43,707 nucleotides of DNA, from UHGV virus genome UHGV-0360526, one strand, 5' to 3'. Shown piece after piece: positions 18,016-26,485 of the stretch; within the stretch, counting starts at the first letter, position 1, and each line of letters opens with the position of its first letter. The position numbers and the translations under genes are program-made. The notes under the pieces are model-generated. The model was given only the letters and a program-made list of their open reading frames with translations. It ran no database searches and had not been told where the DNA came from. This DNA is from a virus.

Positions 18016-18635
18016 TGGCTGAACTGGTAGGAAAGGTGCGCATTCATGAACTGGAGACGCTTTCAGAAGACATCACGGGTGTAGTAGTCTTAGCGTCTAA
18101 GGAACAAACTGAATACCAACTCCCGATTGAGAAATTAGGGGGTGGTGAGGTTACAGTGAGCCCGTCGGCGAATAACATCCTTAAGTCTAACAGCGATGGG
18201 TTGTTTGTTGACGGCACTCATCCGATTGTACCAAAAATGGATGCAAAAACCTTATCGGGAAATATGGTGGTAGAAAAAACGTTGACAGGTGGTGCGGTAA
18301 TCTGCAAAACAACAGTTGACGTTAATAATAGACTGGGGATTTCGCAATTATCTGGAGTGTCAATTTATACCCAGTGTCTGTTGGAAAATAAATTGGTTTA
18401 CCTGGCAGAAGACGGCAGTATTATTGATGCGTACTTCTACATTAGTAATACAAAGAACACAGCCAGTACAATAACCCACACCATTCGGGTTGTCTTAGCG
18501 AAAGTACCTTCTAAAGTTGTCGATATCACCGATTTGTCTGAAACTGAGGTGCAGTATCAGGATGCTAATTTGCCTGTTAAGATCGTTATTAAGCATCTTA
18601 CAGGGACAACACTTTCCCAGAACGGAATGAAATAA
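18015..18635 (+). CDS. short tail-fibre-like protein sharing the N-terminal domain of the 1532-aa fibre
   Basis: 206 aa; N-terminus MAELVGKVRIHELETLSEDITGVVVLASKEQTEYQLPIEKL aligns with fibre N-terminus MAKAVKKIRLHDLRPYTGDIGEGVLLFSKDERDYQLPVREI; TAATG overlap with upstream gene. Confidence 0.55.
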   Translation: MAELVGKVRIHELETLSEDITGVVVLASKEQTEYQLPIEKLGGGEVTVSPSANNILKSNSDGLFVDGTHPIVPKMDAKTLSGNMVVEKTLTGGAVICKTTVDVNNRLGISQLSGVSIYTQCLLENKLVYLAEDGSIIDAYFYISNTKNTASTITHTIRVVLAKVPSKVVDITDLSETEVQYQDANLPVKIVIKHLTGTTLSQNGMK

Positions 18636-18641
18636 ATTTTA

Positions 18642-18687
18642 GGTAGTAGGGGCTTAGCCCCTACTACCTTTCTTTTTTTATTTTTTC
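18642..18687 (+). terminator. rho-independent terminator
   Basis: Stem ggtagtagggg-ctta-gcccctactacc followed by tttctttttttattttttc. Confidence 0.8.
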
Positions 18688-18732
18688 TCAGATATATATT
18701 ACCTAGAGGAGAGCGAAATTTACATTCGCTCT
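18688..18732 (+). promoter_or_regulatory. conserved promoter-like motif plus 5' hairpin, copy 2
   Basis: tcagatatatattacctag followed by hairpin agagcgaa-atttaca-ttcgctct; 28 nt before ATG 18760. Confidence 0.45.
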
Positions 18733-18759
18733 ATTAGTTATAGCCGAAAGGAGGATTAG

Positions 18760-19611
18760 ATGTATCACCCGTATTATCTCCCGCACATTCTAGCAAATAG
18801 GGACCCCGGTTATTACTACGAACAAACAAAAGGATCTTTTAATCGGCTCTACATTCGCGAATTTAATATCGATGAAATGACGGACGACCAGTATCTGGAG
18901 TATCTAAAAGACCTTTACGGTTTTTCAAAATCGAATAAAGGTGACTTTGGACGTTCCGCAGTCATTAGAGACGGCGAATATCGTCATTTGGCTAAGCCTG
19001 TTACGTACCCTATTGTTACACGCGCTTATACATCGGATAGGCAATATATCGCTGAGCTAAAATTTCCATTGCGGATAGACGGGCCCCAAATTAGCGCTAT
19101 AGAAGTAGAGATTCAACCAATTGCTGAAGACTATATTGAAGACTACTTCAAGAAAGCTAAAGACGTGCTCGAGGAGGGTTTAAGCTACTCTGAAGAAGGA
19201 ACGATTTGTCTTCTCTCGTTACTCTCGAAGACTTACGTCACAGCAAATTTTCGTATCTCCGATTCCAGTAACTACAATACACTTACCCCCTCTAAAACAA
19301 AACCTGTTTATTGGGACGATCGGTTAGTCGACAGACAACGCTGGCTTACTATCTTAGATATGGTAGAATTCGAGCCTCCTAAACACACCGAAGACAATTT
19401 TATTTTATTGCACAACTTCGAACCGATCTATATCCCGACGCATTTTGATCAAGCCTTACGTCATCGGTTGAAGTATGTGTTGGAATTACGGTACGGAAAG
19501 ATAAACGGACTAACCTGTTCCGGTGAATTGGGCGAAGAAGAACGCGAGAAGATAAAAATCGTGTTTGATAAATTAGTTGAAGATTACATTAAGAAGGAAG
19601 GGCAATTATGA
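18760..19611 (+). CDS. hypothetical protein
   Basis: 283-aa ORF with strong RBS aaggagg. Confidence 0.6.
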   Translation: MYHPYYLPHILANRDPGYYYEQTKGSFNRLYIREFNIDEMTDDQYLEYLKDLYGFSKSNKGDFGRSAVIRDGEYRHLAKPVTYPIVTRAYTSDRQYIAELKFPLRIDGPQISAIEVEIQPIAEDYIEDYFKKAKDVLEEGLSYSEEGTICLLSLLSKTYVTANFRISDSSNYNTLTPSKTKPVYWDDRLVDRQRWLTILDMVEFEPPKHTEDNFILLHNFEPIYIPTHFDQALRHRLKYVLELRYGKINGLTCSGELGEEEREKIKIVFDKLVEDYIKKEGQL

Positions 19612-20051
19612 AACCAAATACTACTAATGGCATTATGCTACTTTGTGATTCTGAAACGTTAGCAAATCGTATTCGTGGTTTGATGCAAGTACGTTGGCAG
19701 CAAAAGGTTCGCGTGGATTATGCTGCTCCGTTTGTTCACATTACCTGGTTGCCAGAAGCTGACGATTTCAAAGAAAGTATAACCACGAGAAGAATTAAAG
19801 AATGGTTATCGGCAATCATTAATAAACAGATTACCGTTATCAATTTCCAACTTTTCGGGACTACTGAAGAACATGAAATCTTGAAACAGTGTTTAAGAGC
19901 GTTGGCTGTTTCCTTTTCTGTTCGTGGTAGCTGCTACACGGCTTACTTTATCGGTTCACTTGAACTGTTTAAGAATACACTAATGCTTCAACTAAAAGAC
20001 GACTACAAACTTTTAGATAAAATCGATTTCGAATTCCCAGGTATGATTTAA
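19608..20051 (+). CDS. hypothetical protein
   Basis: 147-aa ORF, ATGA overlap with upstream gene. Confidence 0.55.
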   Translation: MKPNTTNGIMLLCDSETLANRIRGLMQVRWQQKVRVDYAAPFVHITWLPEADDFKESITTRRIKEWLSAIINKQITVINFQLFGTTEEHEILKQCLRALAVSFSVRGSCYTAYFIGSLELFKNTLMLQLKDDYKLLDKIDFEFPGMI

Positions 20052-20062
20052 GGAACTATAAC

Positions 20063-20842
20063 ATGTTACAGTTCGAACTCACCGAAGAAGAAAAAGTCAT
20101 CAGCAGGTTTAAGATCTCCCCTATCCCCACTGAAGAACAAATTAAGGAAATCGCTGAGTTACAAAAATCGTACACCTTTTACTATAAAGTTAAATCGGAA
20201 TCGTTTAACATTTTCTGGGTAGAAGGTGATGTCGATTTTCCTAACAAACTCATTAGTGCGATTACGGATATTTTAGTACGGCCTGTTGAGGTGTCTAAAG
20301 ATCCAGAATTACCCGATCAAATGACTTGTGGGCTAAAGGACAAGCCAACTACGAAAGGCAACGCTTACTACACAAAGGAGTTCCCACTTACCCCCAAACA
20401 AGCAGATAAAATTGGACCAATACTATACCATTTTTTCAGCGATAAATTCACGTATGTGATTGAAGACAACATGCTTAAAGTGAGCTATGAATATACTGCT
20501 TATCGAGCTCCTATAAATCAACTATTGAAAGATATAGAGGGCGAAAATATTCTGCTATTTACCGTTGAAAACATTACAGAAGCCGGTGCTGATGAGCTTA
20601 TCAGTGTTGTGAAAGGTGAATACAAGCTCGCCGAAATAATGATTTATCAAAGCAGATATCTTAAAGGTGACTTGCATCTCCTGATCAAAAACGAACCACG
20701 ACTTCTTAAAACTTTGGAAACCCATGCGAAGAAAATTAAGAGAGACAGTGAATCTTTTAAACACGTTCTCGAGAAATATGAGAAAGAAGTCAGCGAACGC
20801 CTTTCACGCCACTTTTTTGGGGGAGTTCGAAAATCACATTGA
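20063..20842 (+). CDS. hypothetical protein (possible C-terminal extension to 20906 through T6G5 tract)
   Basis: 259-aa ORF with RBS aagga; ends 23 nt after a T6G5 homopolymer; +1 frame stays open to 20906. Confidence 0.55.
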   Translation: MLQFELTEEEKVISRFKISPIPTEEQIKEIAELQKSYTFYYKVKSESFNIFWVEGDVDFPNKLISAITDILVRPVEVSKDPELPDQMTCGLKDKPTTKGNAYYTKEFPLTPKQADKIGPILYHFFSDKFTYVIEDNMLKVSYEYTAYRAPINQLLKDIEGENILLFTVENITEAGADELISVVKGEYKLAEIMIYQSRYLKGDLHLLIKNEPRLLKTLETHAKKIKRDSESFKHVLEKYEKEVSERLSRHFFGGVRKSH

Positions 20843-20948
20843 CAAATACGCCCAGTTGTTTGATAAGTTTTGTAACGAGATGAGAGAAATTCGAAATCTT
20901 AAATAACGAAGGTTTAATTACCCCACCATTTACCTAAAGGAGCATTAA

Positions 20949-21464
20949 ATGTCAGTAAATATTAACATGAATCTTTACACTAAACGTGAACGTCAGATTC
21001 TGGCGAATCAACCTGGTGTTACGACTATCGACGGTAAACCTATTGACCGTTTAAAAGTTATCGTTGCGCGAAATTGTCATGAACACGATTGGGATATCAC
21101 CTACTTCCGTTGCTGTTCGGTCGCAAACGCGCTTACTCAACTCTCTAACTATCACCCAGGACCGCTATTAAAAGACTGGGTTTGGTTAGTGCCAAGAACA
21201 CCCTCAGCAATTGAGTATCCTTCTGGGTTAGTCTATATTCGCCCCGTTGCTTACCCAGAACGCCTAAAGGAATATCTTGAAGTTATCTGGAACCGTCCTC
21301 GTAAAGAGCTGGCGACGATTATTAATTTACTGCAGCAGATCGATATCCCCGGCGTTTCGGATTTGAAACTCACGTCTCGTGATATTAACCAGGCTTACTG
21401 GGAACTGGAGTGGACTGAACCGAAATTCGAAAACACTAACCGCATCTTCTTGCACCGGGGGTAA
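20949..21464 (+). CDS. hypothetical protein
   Basis: 171-aa ORF; RBS aaaggag. Confidence 0.55.
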   Translation: MSVNINMNLYTKRERQILANQPGVTTIDGKPIDRLKVIVARNCHEHDWDITYFRCCSVANALTQLSNYHPGPLLKDWVWLVPRTPSAIEYPSGLVYIRPVAYPERLKEYLEVIWNRPRKELATIINLLQQIDIPGVSDLKLTSRDINQAYWELEWTEPKFENTNRIFLHRG

Positions 21465-21466
21465 AA

Positions 21467-21748
21467 ATGTTAGATTGGTTGTTGGGCTTAATTAACTCAC
21501 GTCAACAGGAGCTTTATAAAGAAAACACGCGGTTACGGCAGCAGCTTAGTAACAATCGTCAAACCAAACGACAATTAATTCGGATAGTAAAACAACAGGC
21601 GCGCTGTATACGCGATATCGATTATCAGTATCACCGACTGAATACCTTAGACCCAACAACAAAAGCTTTAGGCAGTACGATTGGACACGCACGTAAAGTC
21701 AGTCACGATGCGTTAGTTCGAATCGATACAGTAGAAGAGAAACTGTGA
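21467..21748 (+). CDS. hypothetical protein (predicted helical, basic)
   Basis: 93-aa ORF immediately downstream of previous gene. Confidence 0.5.
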   Translation: MLDWLLGLINSRQQELYKENTRLRQQLSNNRQTKRQLIRIVKQQARCIRDIDYQYHRLNTLDPTTKALGSTIGHARKVSHDALVRIDTVEEKL

Positions 21749-21782
21749 TTAGCTCTCCCTCGGGAACACCGAGGGAGATAAG

Positions 21783-22181
21783 GTGATTTACATGATGCGT
21801 TTAGTTTACTTAAAAAGGCGTTTGTTATTAAAAGCCCAACTGTTTGTTAACGGGAAAGTTAAAAACTGGCTGTGTGGTAAAAGGGTACAATATGTCGTTA
21901 AAGAAGGCGACTGGTATACGGAGGTTGTGACTTCCCCTAATGGCGAGCTTATAAACGTTACTATTCGTGACGTTTTGGTTAAGGTTGGCAGGGGAGGCGG
22001 TCTGTTGTTTGAATCAGAAACTATAAGAGTCGTTGCTAAACAATTGAAAGATGGTCGAGTTATATTCAATGTTACCGCCCAGAAATACTACGACAATTTA
22101 TTCGAGTGTCAACGAGCAATAGACAGAATGACCCGTGAGATGCGAAGAATGCACATTACGGAGATCACTATAGGAGTTTAA
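21783..22181 (+). CDS. hypothetical protein
   Basis: 132-aa ORF; GTG 21783 or ATG 21792 start; RBS gagggag lies in a hairpin. Confidence 0.5.
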   Translation: MIYMMRLVYLKRRLLLKAQLFVNGKVKNWLCGKRVQYVVKEGDWYTEVVTSPNGELINVTIRDVLVKVGRGGGLLFESETIRVVAKQLKDGRVIFNVTAQKYYDNLFECQRAIDRMTREMRRMHITEITIGV

Positions 22182-22492
22182 TGATGGAAAGTAAAATCAC
22201 AAACACATCGGTACCTGAGAACATTGTCAACTATATTCTCCGTGGTGGGTTGTTAGAAGACAATAAAGAAACGTGCGATAAACTCGTTTCTCAACTACTA
22301 CCTATTCGTTCAGAATACTGCGAAATCGTTATCTTAGGTTCCGAGTATTGCGTACGTTCTTACTGCCGTCGTTACGAAGCCTTACGCGTCCCTCGTACGT
22401 TAGGCGGTGTGATCTTGCTCATATCGTCTTTTCAAGATGCCCATGTGCGTGTGGCGACCTGGATTGCCAGAGGGGGTAACAGTGGTTTTTAA
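22181..22492 (+). CDS. hypothetical protein
   Basis: 103-aa ORF; TAATGATG junction with upstream gene. Confidence 0.5.
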   Translation: MMESKITNTSVPENIVNYILRGGLLEDNKETCDKLVSQLLPIRSEYCEIVILGSEYCVRSYCRRYEALRVPRTLGGVILLISSFQDAHVRVATWIARGGNSGF

Positions 22493-22790
22493 ATTGCTAG
22501 GTTTTGGAAAATGCAAATCGTGCACAAAGCACGAAGAATATATCAAGTTATTAGAAGAAACAGTTGAAACACAACAAGAACTTATCTCTGAATATCGTGC
22601 GAAAACCGGTTCAGTAGAATATTTGACTGTTCTCGTTTGTGCTATTGCTGAATTGGGTTGTGAGGGGAAATTGCCTAAAGAGGAGATATTAAAACTATTA
22701 AAAGAAAAAACGTCGTTTTACCGTAAAGATATTGAAGAGTGTAAACGTGAGGTTAAAAGAGCGAACTGGGAGATTATCAATGAAGCGTGA
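22482..22790 (+). CDS. hypothetical protein (start uncertain; listed ORF begins 22437)
   Basis: In-frame GTG at 22482 preceded by gaggggg minimises overlap with upstream gene. Confidence 0.4.
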   Translation: MVFKLLGFGKCKSCTKHEEYIKLLEETVETQQELISEYRAKTGSVEYLTVLVCAIAELGCEGKLPKEEILKLLKEKTSFYRKDIEECKREVKRANWEIINEA

Positions 22791-23061
22791 AACTATTGTA
22801 TTTTGTCAAAACGGTGATGTAAAACAATACCGGGGCAAGAAGTTAATTCGTACGTTAGAATACCGAGAAGCAAAACGTTTTGTTGAAGAGTGTGCGTGGT
22901 TGATGCACTACGAAGGGAACTATCGCGCCATCTTAGAAGCACCGCGTTTAGAACGTGCAGTTGCGCAGATGGCGATAGGTAATCCTAAGAACTGTTACCT
23001 GGCCCGTAAGCCAAAATACCTACAGCGTGTCTCGCTAGGTAGTTTTATTGCAGGATTTTAA
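22780..23061 (+). CDS. hypothetical protein (start uncertain; listed ORF begins 22732)
   Basis: In-frame ATG at 22780 with RBS gggag; overlaps upstream stop. Confidence 0.4.
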   Translation: MKRETIVFCQNGDVKQYRGKKLIRTLEYREAKRFVEECAWLMHYEGNYRAILEAPRLERAVAQMAIGNPKNCYLARKPKYLQRVSLGSFIAGF

Positions 23062-23072
23062 TAAAAATAATT

Positions 23073-23113
23073 TCAGATATATATTACCTAGGTGAGAGTA
23101 CAAAAGCTCTCAC
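23073..23113 (+). promoter_or_regulatory. conserved promoter-like motif plus 5' hairpin, copy 3
   Basis: tcagatatatattacctag identical to copy at 18688, followed by hairpin gtgagag-tacaaaag-ctctcac; 29 nt before ATG 23142. Confidence 0.45.
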
Positions 23114-23141
23114 TTAACGAACCATTTTAGGAGAATATACC

Positions 23142-23408
23142 ATGAACTTCACTAAAGCTGATTATGCTAAAGAATTCGTTTCTAAAGAAGATTACAAGTT
23201 TACTGTTGAACTAGACTACGTATTAACTGAAGATGAAAAAGATGCGCTGTATAAAGCGTTCCGCAAACACTTCGGTGCGTTGTTCTTTATGGGTTTCCGT
23301 AAAGACTCTATCGATATTGGCTATACTGTCGCAGTACGTACCGATGAGGAAATGTTCAATATGGTGTGTGAAATCGTCAGTACCATTACTGCTAAACGTG
23401 CGATTTAA
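23142..23408 (+). CDS. hypothetical small protein (monocistronic unit)
   Basis: 88-aa ORF with RBS aggag, bracketed by promoter-like motif and terminator. Confidence 0.6.
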   Translation: MNFTKADYAKEFVSKEDYKFTVELDYVLTEDEKDALYKAFRKHFGALFFMGFRKDSIDIGYTVAVRTDEEMFNMVCEIVSTITAKRAI

Positions 23409-23430
23409 CTTCAACGTTTAATTACACTAC

Positions 23431-23462
23431 AGGGTAAGGGATTCTCTTACCCTATTATTTCG
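23431..23462 (+). terminator. rho-independent terminator (moderate)
   Basis: Stem agggtaaggg-attct-cttaccct followed by attatttcg. Confidence 0.55.
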
Positions 23463-23489
23463 ATATGTAAAACTAAAAGGAAAATAAAA

Positions 23490-24266
23490 ATGAAAACTGT
23501 TGAGTTTAAAAATAGCAGTCTTTGGGCATACACGCACATCATTACGAGTTTCCTGAAAAACGTTACTTCGCACCTCGCTTATCAGTTTTGTGGAAATGAG
23601 CTCACTATCGGTGGTTTTAACGAGGAAGAATTAAAACGTGCAAAAGAGTTCATTGACGATGTTCTTCATGGCGACGCGACGTGTTTAGTTGCGAGTTACG
23701 TTGCTAAAGACAAAGGAAGATTAAACATCATGGCAATCTTCCGGGCGCTCTCCGAAAAAGTATACGAAGTTGAGAAGGTTAGTCATGGCGTTTATATTGT
23801 TTACTTTAAACGTTCAGCGGAGAAAAACACTGATAAACTTCTGGAGTATTTCGACTGTAACCCAGGGGAAGGTATGGATGTCTATACGCTCGGTTATGAT
23901 GGGGTACCTCACCGGAATAACCTTATTCGTATTGACGAACCTTTTTCAGTCAATGATAACTCCACGCCTATAGAGATGGTTCTGGTACACAAAGATCGTT
24001 TCGCGCATTACGATTCTGATACTGTTCAACGTGTCCTGAACAACGTTAATATTCAGTTTTCACAAACCGAGCACCTGGTACGTGCTTGTGTTAGGTCTAA
24101 TGGCACAACATCGTTTTTCCTCGAACGTCAAATCGTTTGGCAGACTTATCTGGCTTTGATGGAAGAACTCGATAGGATTGAACCAGTTCAGGTTGGTACA
24201 AATTGCTTATATTGGATAAAAACAAAGGGGTTCAAGAATGAAGACGCTCAATTCAGATTTGCGTGA
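23490..24266 (+). CDS. hypothetical protein
   Basis: 258-aa ORF. Confidence 0.55.
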   Translation: MKTVEFKNSSLWAYTHIITSFLKNVTSHLAYQFCGNELTIGGFNEEELKRAKEFIDDVLHGDATCLVASYVAKDKGRLNIMAIFRALSEKVYEVEKVSHGVYIVYFKRSAEKNTDKLLEYFDCNPGEGMDVYTLGYDGVPHRNNLIRIDEPFSVNDNSTPIEMVLVHKDRFAHYDSDTVQRVLNNVNIQFSQTEHLVRACVRSNGTTSFFLERQIVWQTYLALMEELDRIEPVQVGTNCLYWIKTKGFKNEDAQFRFA

Positions 24267-24666
24267 TTATATCCGTAAGTACCCAGCCAGTATTCCTGTA
24301 CTGGCATCGCTTACACTTTCAGGTACTGACGTTAACATCTTAACGGTGGAACAGTTCCACGAGATAATAAAAACCGCTTATAACTCCATTACCGCAACGT
24401 CAGTACGTAAACGTTGCGATTATCCCGACGGGGATTTCGGCACCGAGATGTTTACCGATTACGCGGTTGCGTTTCTGTTAGGACGACACTGTCTCGATAA
24501 ACTTAACACTGCTGTAGAAGGGGAAACAGTGACGGAAATAGTTAATGCTTGGCAGCAACGTATTCTGAACGACCCTTACTGCCGCCAGGCGTTAAAACGT
24601 ATGTCCACAACGGCGATTACAAACGACCAGCGTGCTTTAGAGTTCTTTAAGCACAACTACAGCTAA
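24238..24666 (+). CDS. hypothetical protein, paralog of ORF 25886-26317
   Basis: 142 aa; LNSDLRDYIRKYPASIPVLASL and C-terminal NDPYCRQALKRMS..RALEFFKHN align with the 25886 product. Confidence 0.55.
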   Translation: MKTLNSDLRDYIRKYPASIPVLASLTLSGTDVNILTVEQFHEIIKTAYNSITATSVRKRCDYPDGDFGTEMFTDYAVAFLLGRHCLDKLNTAVEGETVTEIVNAWQQRILNDPYCRQALKRMSTTAITNDQRALEFFKHNYS

Positions 24667-24687
24667 TTTACCAAAAGGAAAAATGAC

Positions 24688-25809
24688 ATGTTTAATATCG
24701 AAATTACCCCGCTCGTTAAAACTGAAATCCGTCCGGTTCCCGAAGCACAATTACTCGATCAACTTTATCGCATATTCCTGGATAAAGGTGTACATTTCCG
24801 TGTAGAGCAGGTCAACGATGAAAGCATCGTGTTCTACTGGACTCACAGCAATGATTACCTATGCGACACTATTGCGGCGGAAATCGGTGAGTTGCTCAAC
24901 CCGGTAGCCGAGAACGCCAAGGTAAAAGCGGCCGAGACAGAGCAACCGAAAGTCGAAGAGCAGCAGTGGTCTATAAACAATGAAGACTCGTCATACGTAA
25001 ATCAATATGATGTTGAAACGATCGAGAAAATTAAAGAGGCATTAAATATCCTCTATCCCGATGCCTTATACATTAGTCAAAAATACGACATGTTAGCTTT
25101 CAGGATGAAGGAATTCGATCCTAAGATCATGAAAGCTATTCGCATCATCGTTGCTCTGATCGTCAAAGACGCCGTTCGACTTATTTCGGTTCGTGATATC
25201 GGAAAAGAAGACGCAGATGCAGTCATGCGTAGTGCTGTTCACGAATACAAGGAGAAAATTCGTGGGTCTAATTATGTCGACGGCACGCTAACCGTGCTTG
25301 TTGATAATGATCCTGACGTTATTAAATGGTTCGAAGAACCGTATTCCTTTACTTACACTGGTCCAGAAGCCGAAGCGATTAATGATACCTTGACAGCTTT
25401 CTATCCTACCAAAGTAGAGACTAAACTCGAGGGCGAAAAACTCACCATTAAATGGAAATGGTGGGACGCTGCTCTTGACGAAGAAATTAGCAACCTCATT
25501 AATGAGATTGTTGACAATCGTCTACGTCTTCTGACAATCACTACTATTGAGAAAGAAGATGCCGATACGTTTATGCGTGATATCGCTCGTTGGTTTCCTG
25601 AGAAAGTCCGTCAGTGGACTTACACAGACAATACACTTACCATTCTACTCAACTATGAACCCGGTATTATCGGAAAGTTAAAAACTCATCTGCGTGACTT
25701 GTGGTCAGTTCGTTTTCTTAAAAATAATGAGCATTCGTTCGATGCTCTCTTTAGAGAAATATCTTCTGGCGCAGGCTGCGATTGCCCTGCTTGTCAAAAA
25801 TTTCGTTAA
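24688..25809 (+). CDS. hypothetical protein with internal duplication and C-terminal Cys cluster
   Basis: 373 aa; two related segments (KEDADAVMR..DGTLTVLVDNDPDVI and KEDADTFMRD..DNTLTILLNYEPGII); C-terminal GCDCPACQKF. Confidence 0.55.
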   Translation: MFNIEITPLVKTEIRPVPEAQLLDQLYRIFLDKGVHFRVEQVNDESIVFYWTHSNDYLCDTIAAEIGELLNPVAENAKVKAAETEQPKVEEQQWSINNEDSSYVNQYDVETIEKIKEALNILYPDALYISQKYDMLAFRMKEFDPKIMKAIRIIVALIVKDAVRLISVRDIGKEDADAVMRSAVHEYKEKIRGSNYVDGTLTVLVDNDPDVIKWFEEPYSFTYTGPEAEAINDTLTAFYPTKVETKLEGEKLTIKWKWWDAALDEEISNLINEIVDNRLRLLTITTIEKEDADTFMRDIARWFPEKVRQWTYTDNTLTILLNYEPGIIGKLKTHLRDLWSVRFLKNNEHSFDALFREISSGAGCDCPACQKFR

Positions 25810-25833
25810 TTGATGACTTTCTAAATTCATCTA

Positions 25834-25867
25834 AGGGGTGACAATTCACCCCTCTATTATTGTTTTT
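25834..25867 (+). terminator. rho-independent terminator
   Basis: Stem aggggtga-caat-tcacccct followed by ctattattgttttt. Confidence 0.7.
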
Positions 25868-25885
25868 ACCTAAAGGAGTATTAAA

Positions 25886-26317
25886 ATGTTTTTCGTATTA
25901 AATGATGAATTTCGTAACTACATTCGTAACAACCCTATTGCTCTGGGCGTTTTAGCAGGTTTCTGTCGTCCAAATACTGATTTCGATTTAGTTAAGTTAG
26001 AAGAATATCAGGAAATTGTGAATACTAACTACTTGCACATCTGTAGCTGGGGTAAACGTCCTCGCGAAGAGTACCCTATCGGTGAGTTAGGTGACAGTAT
26101 GCATCGTGACCAGAATCTGATGCACGAATTCGTTGAATACACACTGGAAAATCTTAACTATCCGCTTCTGGTCGACACTGTACCAGAAATGGTTGACGAA
26201 TGGTTAAGTCGTGTTTACAACGATCCTACTGCCAGCACTCTACTGAGTCAGATGTCGCAAACTTCTCGTGATATCGACACCCGGACCCTGATGTACTTAG
26301 CACACAACGTTCGTTAA
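25886..26317 (+). CDS. hypothetical protein, paralog of ORF 24238-24666
   Basis: 143 aa; RBS aaaggag; aligned motifs with the 24238 product. Confidence 0.55.
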   Translation: MFFVLNDEFRNYIRNNPIALGVLAGFCRPNTDFDLVKLEEYQEIVNTNYLHICSWGKRPREEYPIGELGDSMHRDQNLMHEFVEYTLENLNYPLLVDTVPEMVDEWLSRVYNDPTASTLLSQMSQTSRDIDTRTLMYLAHNVR

Positions 26318-26324
26318 TCTCACT

Positions 26325-26380
26325 CCGCTATAGGCTTCGGTCTATAGCGGAATTAATTTTCTTTCCCTTTTCTTTTTTTG
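26325..26380 (+). terminator. rho-independent terminator
   Basis: Stem ccgctatag-gcttcgg-tctatagcgg followed by long T-rich run. Confidence 0.75.
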
Positions 26381-26485
26381 TTATTTTGACGCTACGTTAC
26401 TTACCTTCTACTCGGCTATTCCTATGCTGGCTGAGGGATGTAAAACGACCTCTTAAACCTTTTTTACTTATTGTGAGTTAACGCG

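Noticed and set aside
26386-26414. Sigma70 promoter upstream of gene 26486 (TTGACG -35 at 26386)
   Set aside because: The best -10 candidate at 17-bp spacing (TACTCG) is a poor match.
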